A DNA stretch of 64,000 bases from Cyanophora paradoxa CCMP329. Taxonomy: Eukaryota > Plantae > Glaucophyta. A model generated the notes under the pieces. It saw only the letters and a list, made by a program, of their open reading frames with translations, was not told where the DNA came from and searched no databases. This document shows positions 22,787-35,733 of this stretch, in pieces. The translations under genes were made by a program, and so were the position numbers. Within the stretch, counting starts at the first letter, position 1. The number at the start of each line of letters is the position of its first letter. The stretch is taken from positions 124,001 through 188,000 of the forward strand of contig QPMI01000444.1 in the NCBI GenBank assembly GCA_004431415.1, read 5' to 3'.

Positions 22787-25466
22787 ATGGCGGTACCGGC
22801 GGAGCGATTCCAAGAGCTCGAGCTCAGCGAGAGCGTGCTGAGCACTATCCAAGAGCACTTTCAGTTCGAGCGGATGACGCCTGTGCAAGGCACGCCGGTT
22901 CTGCGCTCGCGAGTGCGCTTTAGCGCCAGCTGATGCGAGCGCGCGCAGCGTCAACGATCCCGCTCTTCCTTGCCAACAAGGACGTGGCCGTAGAGGCGCG
23001 CCGGTGCAGCCCCTCGCGAGCCTCGGCGGCTCAGTCTGCTCATCCGATCAACTTCCGCAGGCCGTCACTGGAAGTGGGAAATCCCTCGCATACGTGATTC
23101 CGATGCTTGAGATCCTGCTGCGACGTGAGTCGGCACTCAAAAAGAGCGAGGTTGGAGCAATTGTTCTGCTGCCCACGCGGTGCGCTGCAGTGCGCGAGTT
23201 TCTTCAAGGTTGTGACCGCCCGCAGCGAGCTCGCAGCTCAAGTATTCAGTGTGATCAAGCCTTTCCTATCGAGCGTCCAGTCGCTCGCTGTGCAACTTTT
23301 CGTCGGCGGCACCGACCCTGCCCACGGTACTCAGAGTGATGTTAAAGTTACTTGCCTCCCCAGCGCCCCATACAATCTAGCAGATATCGAAAGATATCGG
23401 AGAGACGGAGCACACATAGTCGTGGCGACACCGGGCAGATTGGAGGATCTCGTGTGTCGGTCGCGCGTTCTCGATGTCAGGGAGCTGGAAGTGCTCATCC
23501 TGGACGAAGCTGACAGGTGCTGGGGTGCGCAGCTCCTGTATGGTGTTTTCGCTAACTCGTCTTGCAGGCTTCTCGATATGGGCTTTGAGGCTTCTATTAA
23601 CACAATCCTTGGCCAGCTGCCCAAGCAACGCCGCACTGGCATCTTCTCTGCAACCCAAACAGAAGAGGTCATTGCCCTATGCAGAGCAGGGCTTCGGAAT
23701 CCTGTCCGTATCCAGTGCAAGGTGGAAGGAGCAAAAAAGGGATCCAAGCGATCTGTGGAGCAGAAGACACCCTCCTCGTTCGCAGGTTCCTCTTTCATTT
23801 CACATATCACTGTTGATTAATGTTTCTTCTGCAGCTTACAGAACTTCTATCATACATGCGAATGGTCGTCTAAGCTGAATCTCACTTGCGATTTTATCAA
23901 GCGACACAAGCACTGCAAAATCATTGTTTATTGCCTCACGTGTGCATGTGTAGAGTACTTCTTCCGAGTGAGCACGTTTTCACATAGCTTATAAACTTGC
24001 TGATGAGTCTCGTGTGCGATGCAGGTTCTCCCAAGCTTGTCGTGTCTAAAAGGCGTGAGCATCGTCAATATGCATGGAAAACTTGACCAGAAGAAGCGAT
24101 CATGTGAGTTTCGATTAAAATGCCTTTTTGATTTTCTGATCGTTATTTCAGCTGCATACGAGAAATTTTCCTCCATGGAAAGTGGGGTCCTTCTCTGCAC
24201 AGATGTTGCTGCCCGTGGATTGGACTTCCCTAACATTGACTGGGTGATTCAGTACGTTGTTGGTGGGGTCTGAATGCACTACAAGCAATGACATGACTGT
24301 TCCAGGCTCGACTGCCCTCAAGATCCGAACAACTTTGTGCACAGGGTTGGGAGGAGCGCGCGAATGGGCAGGCAGGGAAATAGCCTCTGCTTCCTTCTTC
24401 CACATGAGGACACATACGTTGGTAACCATGACCTTGTTGCACCAAACATGAGCATCCGTCTTAGTGGCATGCGCAGATTTCCTGTCCATCAGGAAAGTAC
24501 CGATGCAGCCAATGGAGCTGGCAGAAGTGCCAGATGTGCTTCTTGAGTTTCGATCAATAATTGCGACTGACAGGGATTTGATCGAGCGAGTAAGATCTTT
24601 CTCACTTTCCTGAAGCCCTTGCATCGCTCGCTGATATGCTTACAGGGGCTAAAAGCTTTCGTGTCATACATTCGAGCCTACAAGGAGCACCAGTGCTCAC
24701 AAATTTTCCAGTTTCGGAACCTCCAACTGGGTGATATTGCTACTGGTTTCGGCCTCCTGAAGGCAAGTGATGGCTTTCTGCCTGGATGACTTGTGCTCAT
24801 GACATTTCACAGCTCCCTCGAATGCCTGAGCTTCGTGGGATGAAAATCGATGGTTTTACCCCCTTCAATGGAGACGTTGATGCCATTCCCTACAAGAATC
24901 CTCAGCGCGAAAAACAGAGGCAACAGCAGCGGAAGCAGAAGCAGGCTGCTGCTGCACAGAAAACGTGCGCCCTCCATGGTGTTGCTTGCTCAGACTTGAC
25001 GACGCTTGTCCTCCTCAGAGCCGCAAAGAAGCAGTCTGGCCCATTGCCAACCCATGATTCAGGCAGTAGTTCAGACTCGTCCTCTGACGACGAGGATGAT
25101 TTTGGTGCGCCGTCCCCAGTGCTTGATTTCTTTGTCGTCTCAGTCTGTCTGTTAGCACGGGAATCAGCACTGCTAAAGAAGCTCAAACGGGGCAAGATCA
25201 CGGAAGAGGAATACGCCCGTGAAACGGGCGAGCTATCAGACCCTGGTTCCGATTGCAGCAGCAGCGATACCAAGGATGGTGCATCCAAGACACAGAAGCC
25301 CATCGCAAAGCGCAGGAAGGTGTCTGCGAGTGCTGGCAGCAATTCAAAGAAGCCTGTAGAGAAACCAAAGAACAACAAGGAGGCAAAGGCGGCAGCTGCA
25401 CTGAACAAGAAGATTATGAAAGCTCGCATGAAGCGCAAGGGTTTGAATCGCAAGGGCCTAAAGTAG
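22787..25466 (+). CDS. DDX55: DEAD-box ATP-dependent RNA helicase DDX55/Spb4, multi-exon
   Basis: Motifs [77 protein letters not shown] and LPRMPEL, with a Lys-rich tail. Confidence 0.94.
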
Positions 25467-25655
25467 AAAACTGTCTGTAACTATGAACGCTGCTTTATGC
25501 ATTTCGTCCTCGACCTGGCATTGGCCACCCGGCCCAATAACTCAGCTGCAGGTGTGAGGTGTGTGGCTGGCCATGACGTCATTTCCCAATAACACATCAT
25601 GGCATCTAGAGTACTGAACTATCTAAGAGGCAACTGCTGCACATGCAGGGCCAGG

Positions 25656-27059
25656 CTACGCTGAGGCAGGGGAGGCAGCACGGTCAGCAAGGATGGATTC
25701 GGCAATGACCATATCTTCCGGCGTAGTGATTTTCAGGTTCGTGTACTCCCCCATCGTAATGCGGACCTGATCAGGATGGTCAGCACCACACAGTGAGAGG
25801 GGCCGGCCACTGGTGTAAAAGATGGCGCACCGGGTGCCCGCCAAGGAGCTCGACAATGGACAGGTCGTCCGTGACTGCGAGGGGCTTGCCCTCTGTGTCA
25901 CCTGCGTGGACCTGTACAGGAGGGTGAGGGCAGGCAGGGAAGGGTCGGCAAGCGAACGGACCTTGTCGTATCCCGCCTGCAGGATCTTCGGACGGATGAC
26001 CTGGAACCAGCCTCGGCTAACGCTGAGAAAGCGCGACTACAGGGGAGAGCAAACCTGCGGTGTCTGGATCTCGTAGAGGCGGCTGCGGTCCGGGGTCCGC
26101 TCCACTAGCCGTGTCTCCGGGTCCACTTCCTGGTCCAATCCGATCAGTCGAAGCTAGAGGAGGCCGGGAAAGCGCGGGCCTTGATAGTGGCCTTGCTGGG
26201 AACACCGAGGGCGGCTGCGCCGTAGTGGGCGCCCTCGCGGAAGACGAGGCGGACGGAGTCGCGCTCTACGAGCGGCCGCGCCGAGTCGTGCACTGCCACC
26301 AGCTGCGAGCGGTTCCAGTCTATTTCCTGCAGTCCATTGTACACCGAATCCTGCGCGCGAGAGTCGTTCGGGAGTGCAAGCTCGCACTTTGGGGAAGGCG
26401 GTGAGCTACCTGGCGCTCCTTCCCGGGCAGCGCATACTTGATAGGAACCGGGCTCGATTTGACGGCCTCCTCAAAGTAATGCCTGCTTGAAGGGTCGCAC
26501 ACAATGACAATCTCGAACACCTAGGGGGGGGGGCGGGTCTCAGTGCGCGGGAAGAGCAGCAGAGGGCGCGCGCGCATTGGGACGGAGGGACTGGAACAGT
26601 TCCAGAGAGTGCAGCACAATCGGCCGTCCCTGGAGCGGCAGGAACTGCTTCGGCATCGACGCGCCCATGCGCTTCCCGACGCCTCCCGCAAGCAGGATCA
26701 CGCTGACGTTCTCAGGCTGCGCGATAAGCGAATATGAGCGCGTCGCGCACGCTTAGCTAGCGCGCCGCAGCACGAACGTCGGTCTCGGGGATCGGGCCGG
26801 GCGGAGGGGCGATGGCCTGGAAAACGGGCGCCGCTGTGCCGAGCCGAGCTTGCCTGGATGAAGTAAACACGCGCGAGCCCGCTGCACGCGACCGGACGAG
26901 CAGGCCAGCCGCTCCTCCAACGAACTCGCTGCCGAGGGCTGCGCGCACTCGCCCCGCGGCTTGACGGGGCGACGCCACATCCGCTGCGCTCCAGGCCACA
27001 TGGCTGCCCGGCCGCGCGCCGCAGCCGGCGAGGGCCACGCTGAACGCTGCCGTCGACAT
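25656..27059 (-). CDS. ispD: 2-C-methyl-D-erythritol 4-phosphate cytidylyltransferase (MEP pathway), plastid-targeted
   Basis: Motifs [50 protein letters not shown] and NLKITTPED; transit peptide begins MSTAAF. Confidence 0.94.
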
Positions 27060-27124
27060 TCGATCGATTAGTCACTCGTACCCTGCCTTCAAGCCGTACT
27101 TGGCAACTTGGGGAAGCGTTCACC

Positions 27125-28183
27125 ATGGCCAGGGCGCGCTCTTCCGCGCGCGCGGCTATCGTCTTCGCGTTCCTTGCCGCCGTTGCCGCGCTCTCCGTCG
27201 CCAGCGCGCCGCTGTACGAGCTGGAGTGGAAGTTCACGCCGTCAGACCACGACCAGCTCGCAGCGCGCCCGCTTGCCCCCATACTCTGCCGACGTCGGGC
27301 GGTGATTTTTCCGTTGCGCAGATCACCCTGGATGATGGGCCGGATTGCGCTGGCAACACACGATCGATCCTCAATGTCCTCGATCGCCTTCGGGCCCGTG
27401 GGCGCGGCGTGAGTACGCCTCGTACGCCAAGTCTAGTTCGGATTTTTTAAAACCATAAAACAGACGCTACGTTCTTCATCAACAGCCAGAATGCGTGCGA
27501 CCTGCGCTACAGCCCGGTTTGTTGTCTCAAGTTCATGATCACCACCGGTACCGGGCCGGTTTCTGGGGCTGACAAAGCCGCATGGTCGCTGCAGGTGGCC
27601 CGAGCGCTCGTGGGGCGCATCATAGACTCGGGCTACACCCTCGCATCGCACACCGCCCACCACTGGTCCCTTACAAGACTGTGGAATGCTTCTGTCGAGC
27701 GAGAGATTGCTGCAGTGGAGTCTGCTGTGCGTTCCATTCGCCCCGGAGCTCGCGTGACTCTGCTGCGGGCTCCCTACGGGTCGACGAGTCCACGTGTGAG
27801 GGACATCATCGCTCGCCACGCCGTGCTGGTATATGCGATCCATGAATTGCTCACCAAAATTTGGTGGCTTTAATTTGAAAGCGCCCTCTTAGGTTGATTG
27901 GAAGTTCGATCGTGAAGACTGGCGCTGCCACACTGCGTCCTGCGTCGAGCTGCGCTACACTCCCCAGGCTGTGCGAGGAGGCGGTATTGTCCTGCTTCAT
28001 TCCATCAAGGAAGCCACAGCAGCTGCATTCGAATTCATCTTGCAGCGTTGGCTGGTGCGTCTCGTGTTGCCCTGCTCTCTTCTAAATCTGAGCTTTCTTG
28101 TCTAGGCTGCAGGCTACAAGCTGGTGTCGGTTGAAGATTTCGTCTTGCAGAAGTATGGAAGAACCAGCAGACAACTTATTTAA
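27125..28183 (+). CDS. Secreted polysaccharide deacetylase (CE4/NodB domain), multi-exon
   Basis: Signal peptide AAIVFAFLAAVAALSVASA; CE4 motifs ITLDDGP, ATFF, SHTAHH, LRAPYG, DREDW and VLLH. Confidence 0.87.
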
Positions 28184-28413
28184 GACCCCGACCGTGTGCA
28201 TGAGGCTTGAGCATTTGATTGTCGACGTCTGCCGCTGATACTAGATATTGAAATTGATTGATATTGATACTAGCTTGGAATTCCGCTATTAATATTGCTC
28301 ACATGAATTCCAAGCATTTTGAGGCGCTCTCAAAACTGCTACTCTGGCCATTTATGCTCAGCGGCTAGTCACTGAGTACAGGCCGTGATGCCCCCGAAAG
28401 CGCGAGGCGAGGG

Positions 28414-29350
28414 TCAGCTGGAAGTTATCTTGCTCAGGAATTCATCAAGCTGCTCATTGTTCAACAGGCCGACGAAGCCGTCCATGACCTTCCCATCCTT
28501 GATGGCGAAAACTGCATGAACACAGCGTAGTCAATCAGAAGAAACGAAAGGAAACTCATGAATCGCTCACCGGCAGGAATAGAACGAACATTGAGCTGGC
28601 CAGCGATTTCACCATGCTGGTCAACATCTGCAAGATTGATTCAGCCTCCCGAGGGTCCCCATGGCGGGAGAAACTGACCCAGCTTTGCCAATATCCATTT
28701 GCCGTTGGCCTTTTCAGCCTTTGCCTCGAGAATTGGGCCTAACTTCTTGCAAGGAGCACACCAACTGCAGTGATAGATCAGAGAACCATTTGCAAGCACC
28801 TTCAAACAGAAACACGCACTTCGCGTAGCAGTCTAGCACGACTACAGTGCTCTTGGACTGTTCAAGCACTTTCGTGTTGAAATCCTCGGCAGTCACTTCG
28901 TAAAAAGACCCATGGCCAGGCGCCGCGGACATCTTCGGCGAGGAAGTGTGCAGCTGAGCCCGCAGGGCAGGAGGCAGCGGTTGCTGCGCAGGGAAAGCCT
29001 AAGCATGAGACTCATGAGACTCACTGCTCCGGACGGCGCTCGATAGCTCGATAGACGATGCGCATAGAGCTAGTAAAGCCACCGATAGCACATGAAAAGC
29101 TATGTACATGCCTGTAGCACATAAAAAGCTATGTACACGCCGAGCGCGCAGGTGCGCGGTAAACAGCATGCGCGCTCTCTCCGGCGCGCACCCAGTTGCT
29201 ACGTGGAGCAAAAGAGAGTGCGCGGGGGCTGTTCTGTTTAAGCGGGCCGCGCAGCGCTGCTGAGGAGGCCAGGGCAAGGAGGCCCGCAGTCGGTTCTCCT
29301 ACCCGGATCGGGGCGACGCGCGGTGCGGTGCTCATAACTCGTGCTGCCAT
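28414..29350 (-). CDS. Thioredoxin, probably organelle-targeted (WCAPC active site)
   Basis: Motifs VVLDCYA-NWCAPCKKLGP, ILAKL..VDQH..IAGQLNVRSIP and FAIKDGKVMDGFVG; Arg/Ala-rich presequence. Confidence 0.88.
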
Positions 29351-29414
29351 CTTCGCTGCGTGCGCGTAGGAAGGCATACGCTGGAATCGATCTTTGCTGG
29401 CTGGATGAGTGTGA

Positions 29415-32400
29415 CTGTACCCGGCGCACTCGTTCCCAGGGGCTCCGACCTATTTTTCTTAGCTTGTGCACACGAGCGCCCGCGATCAGACCGCAGCAGA
29501 CGCGATCATGCGCGGACATCACAGAAGTGTCTGAAGCTGCGTCGAGAGCCGCCGAGTGGCGGAAAAGGCTGCCGCGCTCCGTGCGCAGGCGAAGGGCCAC
29601 CTGCAGGGCGCCCGCCAGCTTTTGCGGCCCCGCACGCGGAGCATTCGATGCCAGCGTGTGCCGCGAGCTGCAGCTCGGCACCGCTGCTCTACTTCAAGTA
29701 CGCCGCATCCGCAAGCAGACCGGCACTCGCGCATCGCGTCGGCTGACGTCGACCCGCGTTTGCGCTGCGCAGGTGCGCTCGGGCGGGACCAGCCCTTCCG
29801 CTTCCGGCTTCTGTCCATGTGGGCGACGGGCGCGACCCGCCGGCGATCGTGCAAGATGCAGAGGGCCGAGTGTGGAAGCGCGTGCTGCCCGACGAGGGAC
29901 GCTCGGCGCGCGGGTTCGTCGTCTTCGAGACGACCTTCCGGAAGCAGCTCAAGGTCCTCTGCCCGCGGGAGCTGGAGGGGCAGGACGTAGAGATTGCCGT
30001 CGCCTCCGCCCCCGCCTCGCGCGCCGGCTCCCGGCCGCTGCTGCGCTTCGCGCTGGACTCGCCCTACCGCGTGCGCCCCGCCCCGCCCCCCGCCGACGCG
30101 CGAGGCGCAACCGCTCACGCGGGGCGCGCCGGGGCGCAGACGGAGCGGCAGCAGGGGCTGGTGGTGGACGCGGTGAGGGCGCGGGTGGGGAGCGGCGGCC
30201 TCATCGACGTCCCCTTCGGGTTCGCGTTCTGCAGCACGGACCGGTGGGCGCCCGTGCCGGCGGCGGCCGGGGCGGGGCCCGAGGAGCTCCTCCTGCACGG
30301 CCCCGACGCCGGCTTCGAGATGCGCTTCAGCCGCGCCGACGGGGCCCCCGTCTTCGGGGCGGCGCGCGCCGTCGTCGTCGTCCGCACCCCGCCCAAGAAG
30401 TCCGGCGCCCGCCGCCCCGGGCCGGCCGCCGTCCCCGCCTCCTCAGAAGAGGATGAGCCCGCGGCGCCGCCGGCCGAGGCGCGGCCGCGGGAGGCGGGCG
30501 GGCGCGCGGGCCGCGCGCACCGCAGCCAAAGCGGGAGCGGCGGGGCGGGTATGAGCCGGCGGAGGCGCCGGAGCCGGCGGGGCCGAGGACGCGAGCGGGC
30601 TGTCGGACCCGTTCGCGATGCTCTCGGTGGGCGCCTCGTGCGCCTTGCAGGCGGTGCCGCATCGGCCGTCGCAATGGGTCGACGACTCGACGGTCGCCGC
30701 CATGGAGGCCATGTTCGCCGTGCGTACCCCGCCACGATTCGCGTCGCTCCGCCCAGCCCGCCCCGCCCCGCCCCGCCCCGTCCGCCGATGCGCCGGGTGC
30801 GCAGGCGGCCGAGGCGGCCTCGCGCATGGCCGCCCTCCGGCGCGGGTCGCTCTTCAAGGAAGCGGCAGCGCTCTTCCGGCGCATCGAGTCGGCGTGCGGC
30901 TTCGGGGCCGGCCCCGCGACGCCCGGCGGCAGCGGCGGCGGCGGCGGCGCGGCGTCGCCGGAAGCGGGGTCGCCGGCGTCGGCTGGAGCGGGGGAGGCGA
31001 GCTCGGGGCAGCGCTGCGGGCGGCAGCGGGGGAGGGGGACCCCGCCGAGCTCGTCCGCCGCCTCGAGGCCCTCTTCGTCCCCGACCTCCCCTTCGGCCCC
31101 GCCGCCCCGTCCGCCCCGCCCGCCCTCCCCGTGCGCTGCCCGAGCCGACCCGCGGCGCAGGGCGGCGGGGCGGCGGAGGCGGCGCGGCGGCACGTCTTCG
31201 GGAGCGACGAGGAGCGCGCGGCGTCGGAGGCGCGCTTCCGCGAGGTGCGCCCGTGCTGGGCCAAGGCTTGCAGGGCGTGCGGGGCGCGGCTGAGGCGGGG
31301 CGGCGGGGCGCAGCTGGCGGGGTGGTGGCGGAGGGGGCGTCCGCGGGGCGGCCGCCGCCCGCGAGCTCGCCGTCGTCCTCGGTGCGCCCCGCCCGCGGCG
31401 TGCCCCGCGGGGCCGGCGCCCTGAGGCCGCGGGCGCCGGCAGCGACGGAGCCCGTGCTGGACTCGCGCCTCGTCCTCACCGACCCCGGCCAGAAGGAGGC
31501 GCGCCCGCCCCGCGCCCCGGCCCGCCCCGCCGGGGGCGAGCGCGCGCGCAGCTGCGGGCGGCGCTGCGGGCGGTGCGGGCGGCGACGCGCTCGATGGCCC
31601 TCGAGCGCTCTGTCGTCCTCGCCCTCTTCGCCGCCGCCGCCGCCGGGTCCGCCCCGCCCCGCCCCGCCCCGCCCCGCCACGGCCCCTCGTCTGACGGTCC
31701 GCCCCCGCAGCGTGGCGGCCGCGGCCCACGGCCCCATGTGCGCTGCGCCCCGCCGGCCGCTTTGCTGTATCTTCTGACGTTTGTGAAGATCCGAGTTTCG
31801 GGCGGCGTGCGAGCGCGGCTGGCGCCTCACCGTGCTCGTCCACGACAATGTGGTGCGGCCCGGGCACCTGCGTCCGCCCCTGCACGCCGACCCCCGCTCC
31901 CCCTGTAGTTTGGAGTAATACAGGACCTGGAGATCGTGCCAAGCTCGCTCTCGCTGCGGCTGGCACTGCTCACCCTCGAGGCGGCGCGGCCGCGCGAGCA
32001 CGAGGACCCGCGCCTCCTCGCCGAGGTCCCGCCCCCGCCGCCCGCGCGCCCGGGGCTGCAGCTGAGACCCGCCCGCGCGGCAGGCGTGCTACTGGGCGGG
32101 GCTGCGTAGCGTGCGGATGGGGACGATCGCGAGATGCGACGAGGAGGCTCTGGAACACTTCTTCGCCGGCTTGGCCGTCATCCGCGCCCACGGCCTCTAC
32201 CCGAGCCGCGAGGAGGCGTGGCTCGTCCGCGCAATCGGCCAACTGTACCGTGCGCCCTTCGCCTTTACGGCCTCCTCGTCTGCCTGCGCCAGCTTCCCGC
32301 GCAGTGCGGCACGGGAGGCTTGATGAGGCCCGCGAGTATTTGGACAAGGTCTACTGGTTCGAGAACACCCCCGAGGTCCGTGCCACACCTCGCCTTGGCT

Positions 32401-33383
32401 CTGCCTCCCGTGGCCAGCCCGTCGCCCACCCAGCGCGCAGGACACGGTGTTCGAGTTCTACGCGCGCGCCTCCATGAGTGCCCGCCCTAGGCCTTTCCCC
32501 CTATCTTATGCTTTCCTTCCCCTGCGCCCTCGCCGACGCCGGCTCGCGCGGCGCAGTCCACTACAAGGCAAAAGCCGGCCTGCCGATCGGTGATGCAGAG
32601 AACGCCGCCTGCGAGGGCGTGCTGCACCGCCTCCCGCGCGATGCCGACCACGGTTCACCCGGCCCCTCCGCCCTAAGCCCCTGCCCTCTCGCCATGTGCA
32701 TAACCACACGCCCGGATGCGGGCGCCGCGCGCAGAGTCCCTGCAGATCCGCATATGCACATTCATCGCCTTCATCCAACTGAAGCAGGGCCCGCCGCCCC
32801 CTCCGCCCGCCGCGCGCCGCACTCCGGAACTGAACACGCCCGGGTCGAGCGCAGGCTCGTTCCTGAGGGCGCTCGGCACCTACCGGCAGGTGGTGACCAA
32901 GTTCGGGTACCCCCACTCGCCCGCTCTCGACTTCATCACGTTCTTCATCGTCAACTTCTCGTCGGTGGCGCCGGCGGCGATGGCGCGGGGCCTGCGGGTG
33001 GCGTGCGCGCTGCACCGCTTCCTCGACTGGGACGCGCGGACGCCCCTCTCGGCGCACATGCTGAATCTGCTCGGGCGGCTCCACCTCTGCTGCGGCGACT
33101 TCCCCGCCGCCCGCGCCGCCTTCGAGGAGGCCCTCGCCGTGCGCCCCGCCCCCCCCCGCCTCCGCCCCCGCCGCGCCGGCCCGAGCGCGCCGCAGGGGTA
33201 CCAGCGGTTCCCCGACGTCTACACGGCGGACCACCCCCGCATCTGCTTCCTCCACGCCTGCATCGACGCCTGCTCCGACGCCCGCTCCGGATCCGGATCC
33301 TCGACGAACTCCGACCGCGAGGTGGATCCGGAGATCTCGCCTTGAGCCCCGCCCCCGGCCCGGGTGCCGGCCAGCCGCACTGG
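29415..33383 (+). repeat. Left arm of a ~4 kb inverted segmental duplication (partner 36059-40100)
   Basis: Long stretches, including introns and upstream DNA, are reverse complements of the right arm; arm ends are approximate. Confidence 0.93.
29648..33345 (+). CDS. Unknown protein with C-terminal TPR-like helical repeats, paralog A
   Basis: The spliced frame runs MPACAASCSSAPLLYFKCARAG... to ...AHMLNLLGRLHLCCGDFPAARAAFEEAL..GYQRFPDVYTADHPRI, a TPR/kinesin-light-chain-like repeat. Confidence 0.65.
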
Positions 33384-33952
33384 CCGTGTTGTTGTCCCCT
33401 TTCTTTCCCTTCGCTTTCAGATTTCTGCGCGCACTGCCCCGTGCAGCCATAGCGTGCGAGAGTCGTTCATCACGAGCAGAAATTTTCAGTGCAGGTCCAT
33501 TGGTAGTGCAGTACTAGTGCTTCGAATAGATCGAGTTTCGGAAGGGTAGATGGTTTAGTGTTCGCCAGATAGCCAATTGCAAACGTTCGCAGATAGCCCA
33601 GTGGTAGAGGGCCTGTAGCAGATTTCTATTTCTAGGAAGCTAGATTCAATTTTCAAAGACGATTCTAGCAGATTTCTAGGACGATTTCTTCTGAAATGCA
33701 GACCAAATCATGCAACCGATGGATGCAAAACACGCGACCATGGGATGGAAGGGAGTTGGAATCCGAGGCTCGAGCTCAGAGGTGACGGATGCGGGTGCCA
33801 CGGAGGGGGCAGAAGGCGTTGGTCGCGATCGTGGAGGGGCCCGGGGGGTGGAGCTCGAGCCGCTCCGCGGCGCACGCGGGCGGGACGAGCCTCGGAGGCT
33901 CGCGATTGGATCCGGATCCCGGAGGTCCGGCGGGCGTGGCCGGCCCCCGCCG

Positions 33953-34614
33953 CTAGCACATGTGCTCCTCCTCGCGCAGGTACTCCCCGACGTCCGCCTG
34001 CGAGAGGCGCAAGTCAGAGGGGTACGTGCAGAAGAGGGGGCGGGGGGGAAGGGGCGGGCCTGGTGGAACGCGACGACGGCAGTGGGGTCCAACTTCCTGC
34101 ACTCGGCGGTGGTGTGGGAAGTCACCCCGAAGCCGAGGGGCACGTCCGCCATGTTGTAGATCACCACACCCTGCACGCGCGAGCCTCAGCGGCCCCGGGG
34201 GTACAGGCCGCTCCTGTGGGGGCGGACCTGGTACTGGGGGGTGTTCTCGGTGATGCGACCGAGGCCGGCCTTGAGGACGTGGTTGCCGTACAAGAACGAC
34301 ATCTCGGCGGAGGGCTTGACCCAGACCTTGTACTTGGCGAACTGCGCCAGGTAGTCCAGGCAGGTGATGTGCAGCCGGAACTTGCCCGTCTTCGTGAACT
34401 TCCCGAAGCACGTGCCCATCGCCACCAGGCTATCCCGCCCGATATTCGTCGCCTTCCGCATCATGGACTCGCTGAGGTAGTACACGCGGTCGTTGTGCAG
34501 CCGGAAGCAGTACTCCTCGTCGGGCCGGTCGATCAGTAGTTTGATGTTCCGCCCGATGTACTTCGCTAGCTTCTCGAAGAATGTCTTCATCTCTTCCTCT
34601 GTGAGCGGCCGCAT
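33953..34614 (-). CDS. NIP7: 60S ribosome subunit biogenesis protein NIP7
   Basis: [59 protein letters not shown] and [12 protein letters not shown]. Confidence 0.96.
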
Positions 34615-35080
34615 CTCGCCGGGTTCTGCCTGTGCTGAGATCTAGAGCTGTGAGTTGTTCGCGCTGGAGTGAGAGGCCGATCTCGACGCCGCGCTGCTGC
34701 CGGCGCTGACCGATAGCTCAAAGTTCCGCGGCCCGCAGTGATCTCTGTTGCGCGCCTGCGTATGCCGACGTGCGTGAGGCGGCGCGCACGCGGTCGCGAC
34801 TGCGCTGTGCGGGGGGGACGCACCGCACAGAGCTCGGCGCCAGAAACTATGGAAGCGCTAGATCGGATCCGGGAGACGGCGGCGGAGATCGCGTGCGCCG
34901 CGAGACTGAAGCTGGCTGGGGCGCTTGCTTGCCGTGGATCGCGCGTTGGAGTGCGTTAAATCGTTATGCTTATGCTCTAAAACCGAGCTGCGAGCTGCAG
35001 GATGGCCGGAGATGGCGCAGGAGCCTCGACCTCGATCCGCGCAGTGTACCCCGCAAGCACAAAAAGTCGCGCCCTTAGCC

Positions 35081-35733
35081 ATGCCGAAGGTGAAGACGCA
35101 CAAGACGAAGCCGCCGCCTGGGTGGGAGCTCATAGAGCCCACTCTGCTGGAGCTCAACAAGAAGATGCGGGACCGTGCGCTGGCCGCCGTGCCTTCGCTG
35201 CCGCGGGCGCTGAAGAGCGCGCAGACGAGAACGAGCCGCACGACGGAAAGCGGCGGATGGAGTCCTCGTGGCCCATCTTCCGCATCCACCATCAGCGCAG
35301 CCGGTACATCTACGACCTCTTCTACAGGCGGAAAGCGATCTCGCGGGAACTGTACGAGTTCTGCTTGAGAGAAGGATACGCGGACGGCAACCTCATCGCG
35401 AAATGGAAGAAGGTGCACACTCGCTTAGCTCCCGCATGCGGAAGCCTCTCGTAGCGACTTCGCTTTGCATCGCTGACTTCCTGCCTTGCCTGTGCATGCC
35501 CCATGCAGCCTGGCTACGAGAAGCTCTGCTGCCTGCAGTGCATCCAGACGAAGGACACGAACTTCCAGACAGTGTGTGTGTGCCGCGTGCCGCGGAAGAA
35601 GCTTGACGGGGAACGTGTCGTCGAATGCTCAAAGTGCGCGCTAGCCGATGGCTGCCCTGAGCTCGCTTGTCGACCCGCCTGATCGTGCGCTCGCAGATGC
35701 GGGTGCCGCGGGTGCGCCTCTGGAGACACGTAG
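35081..35733 (+). CDS. BUD31: Pre-mRNA splicing factor BUD31/G10
   Basis: [59 protein letters not shown] and [10 protein letters not shown]. Confidence 0.96.

Noticed and set aside
33586-33660. tRNA-like sequence (ta-gccc-agtggtaga-gggc D-arm, later ttcaatt)
   Set aside because: There is no pairing acceptor stem or T-stem and the anticodon loop is non-canonical. It is at most a degenerate remnant; tRNAscan-SE would settle it.
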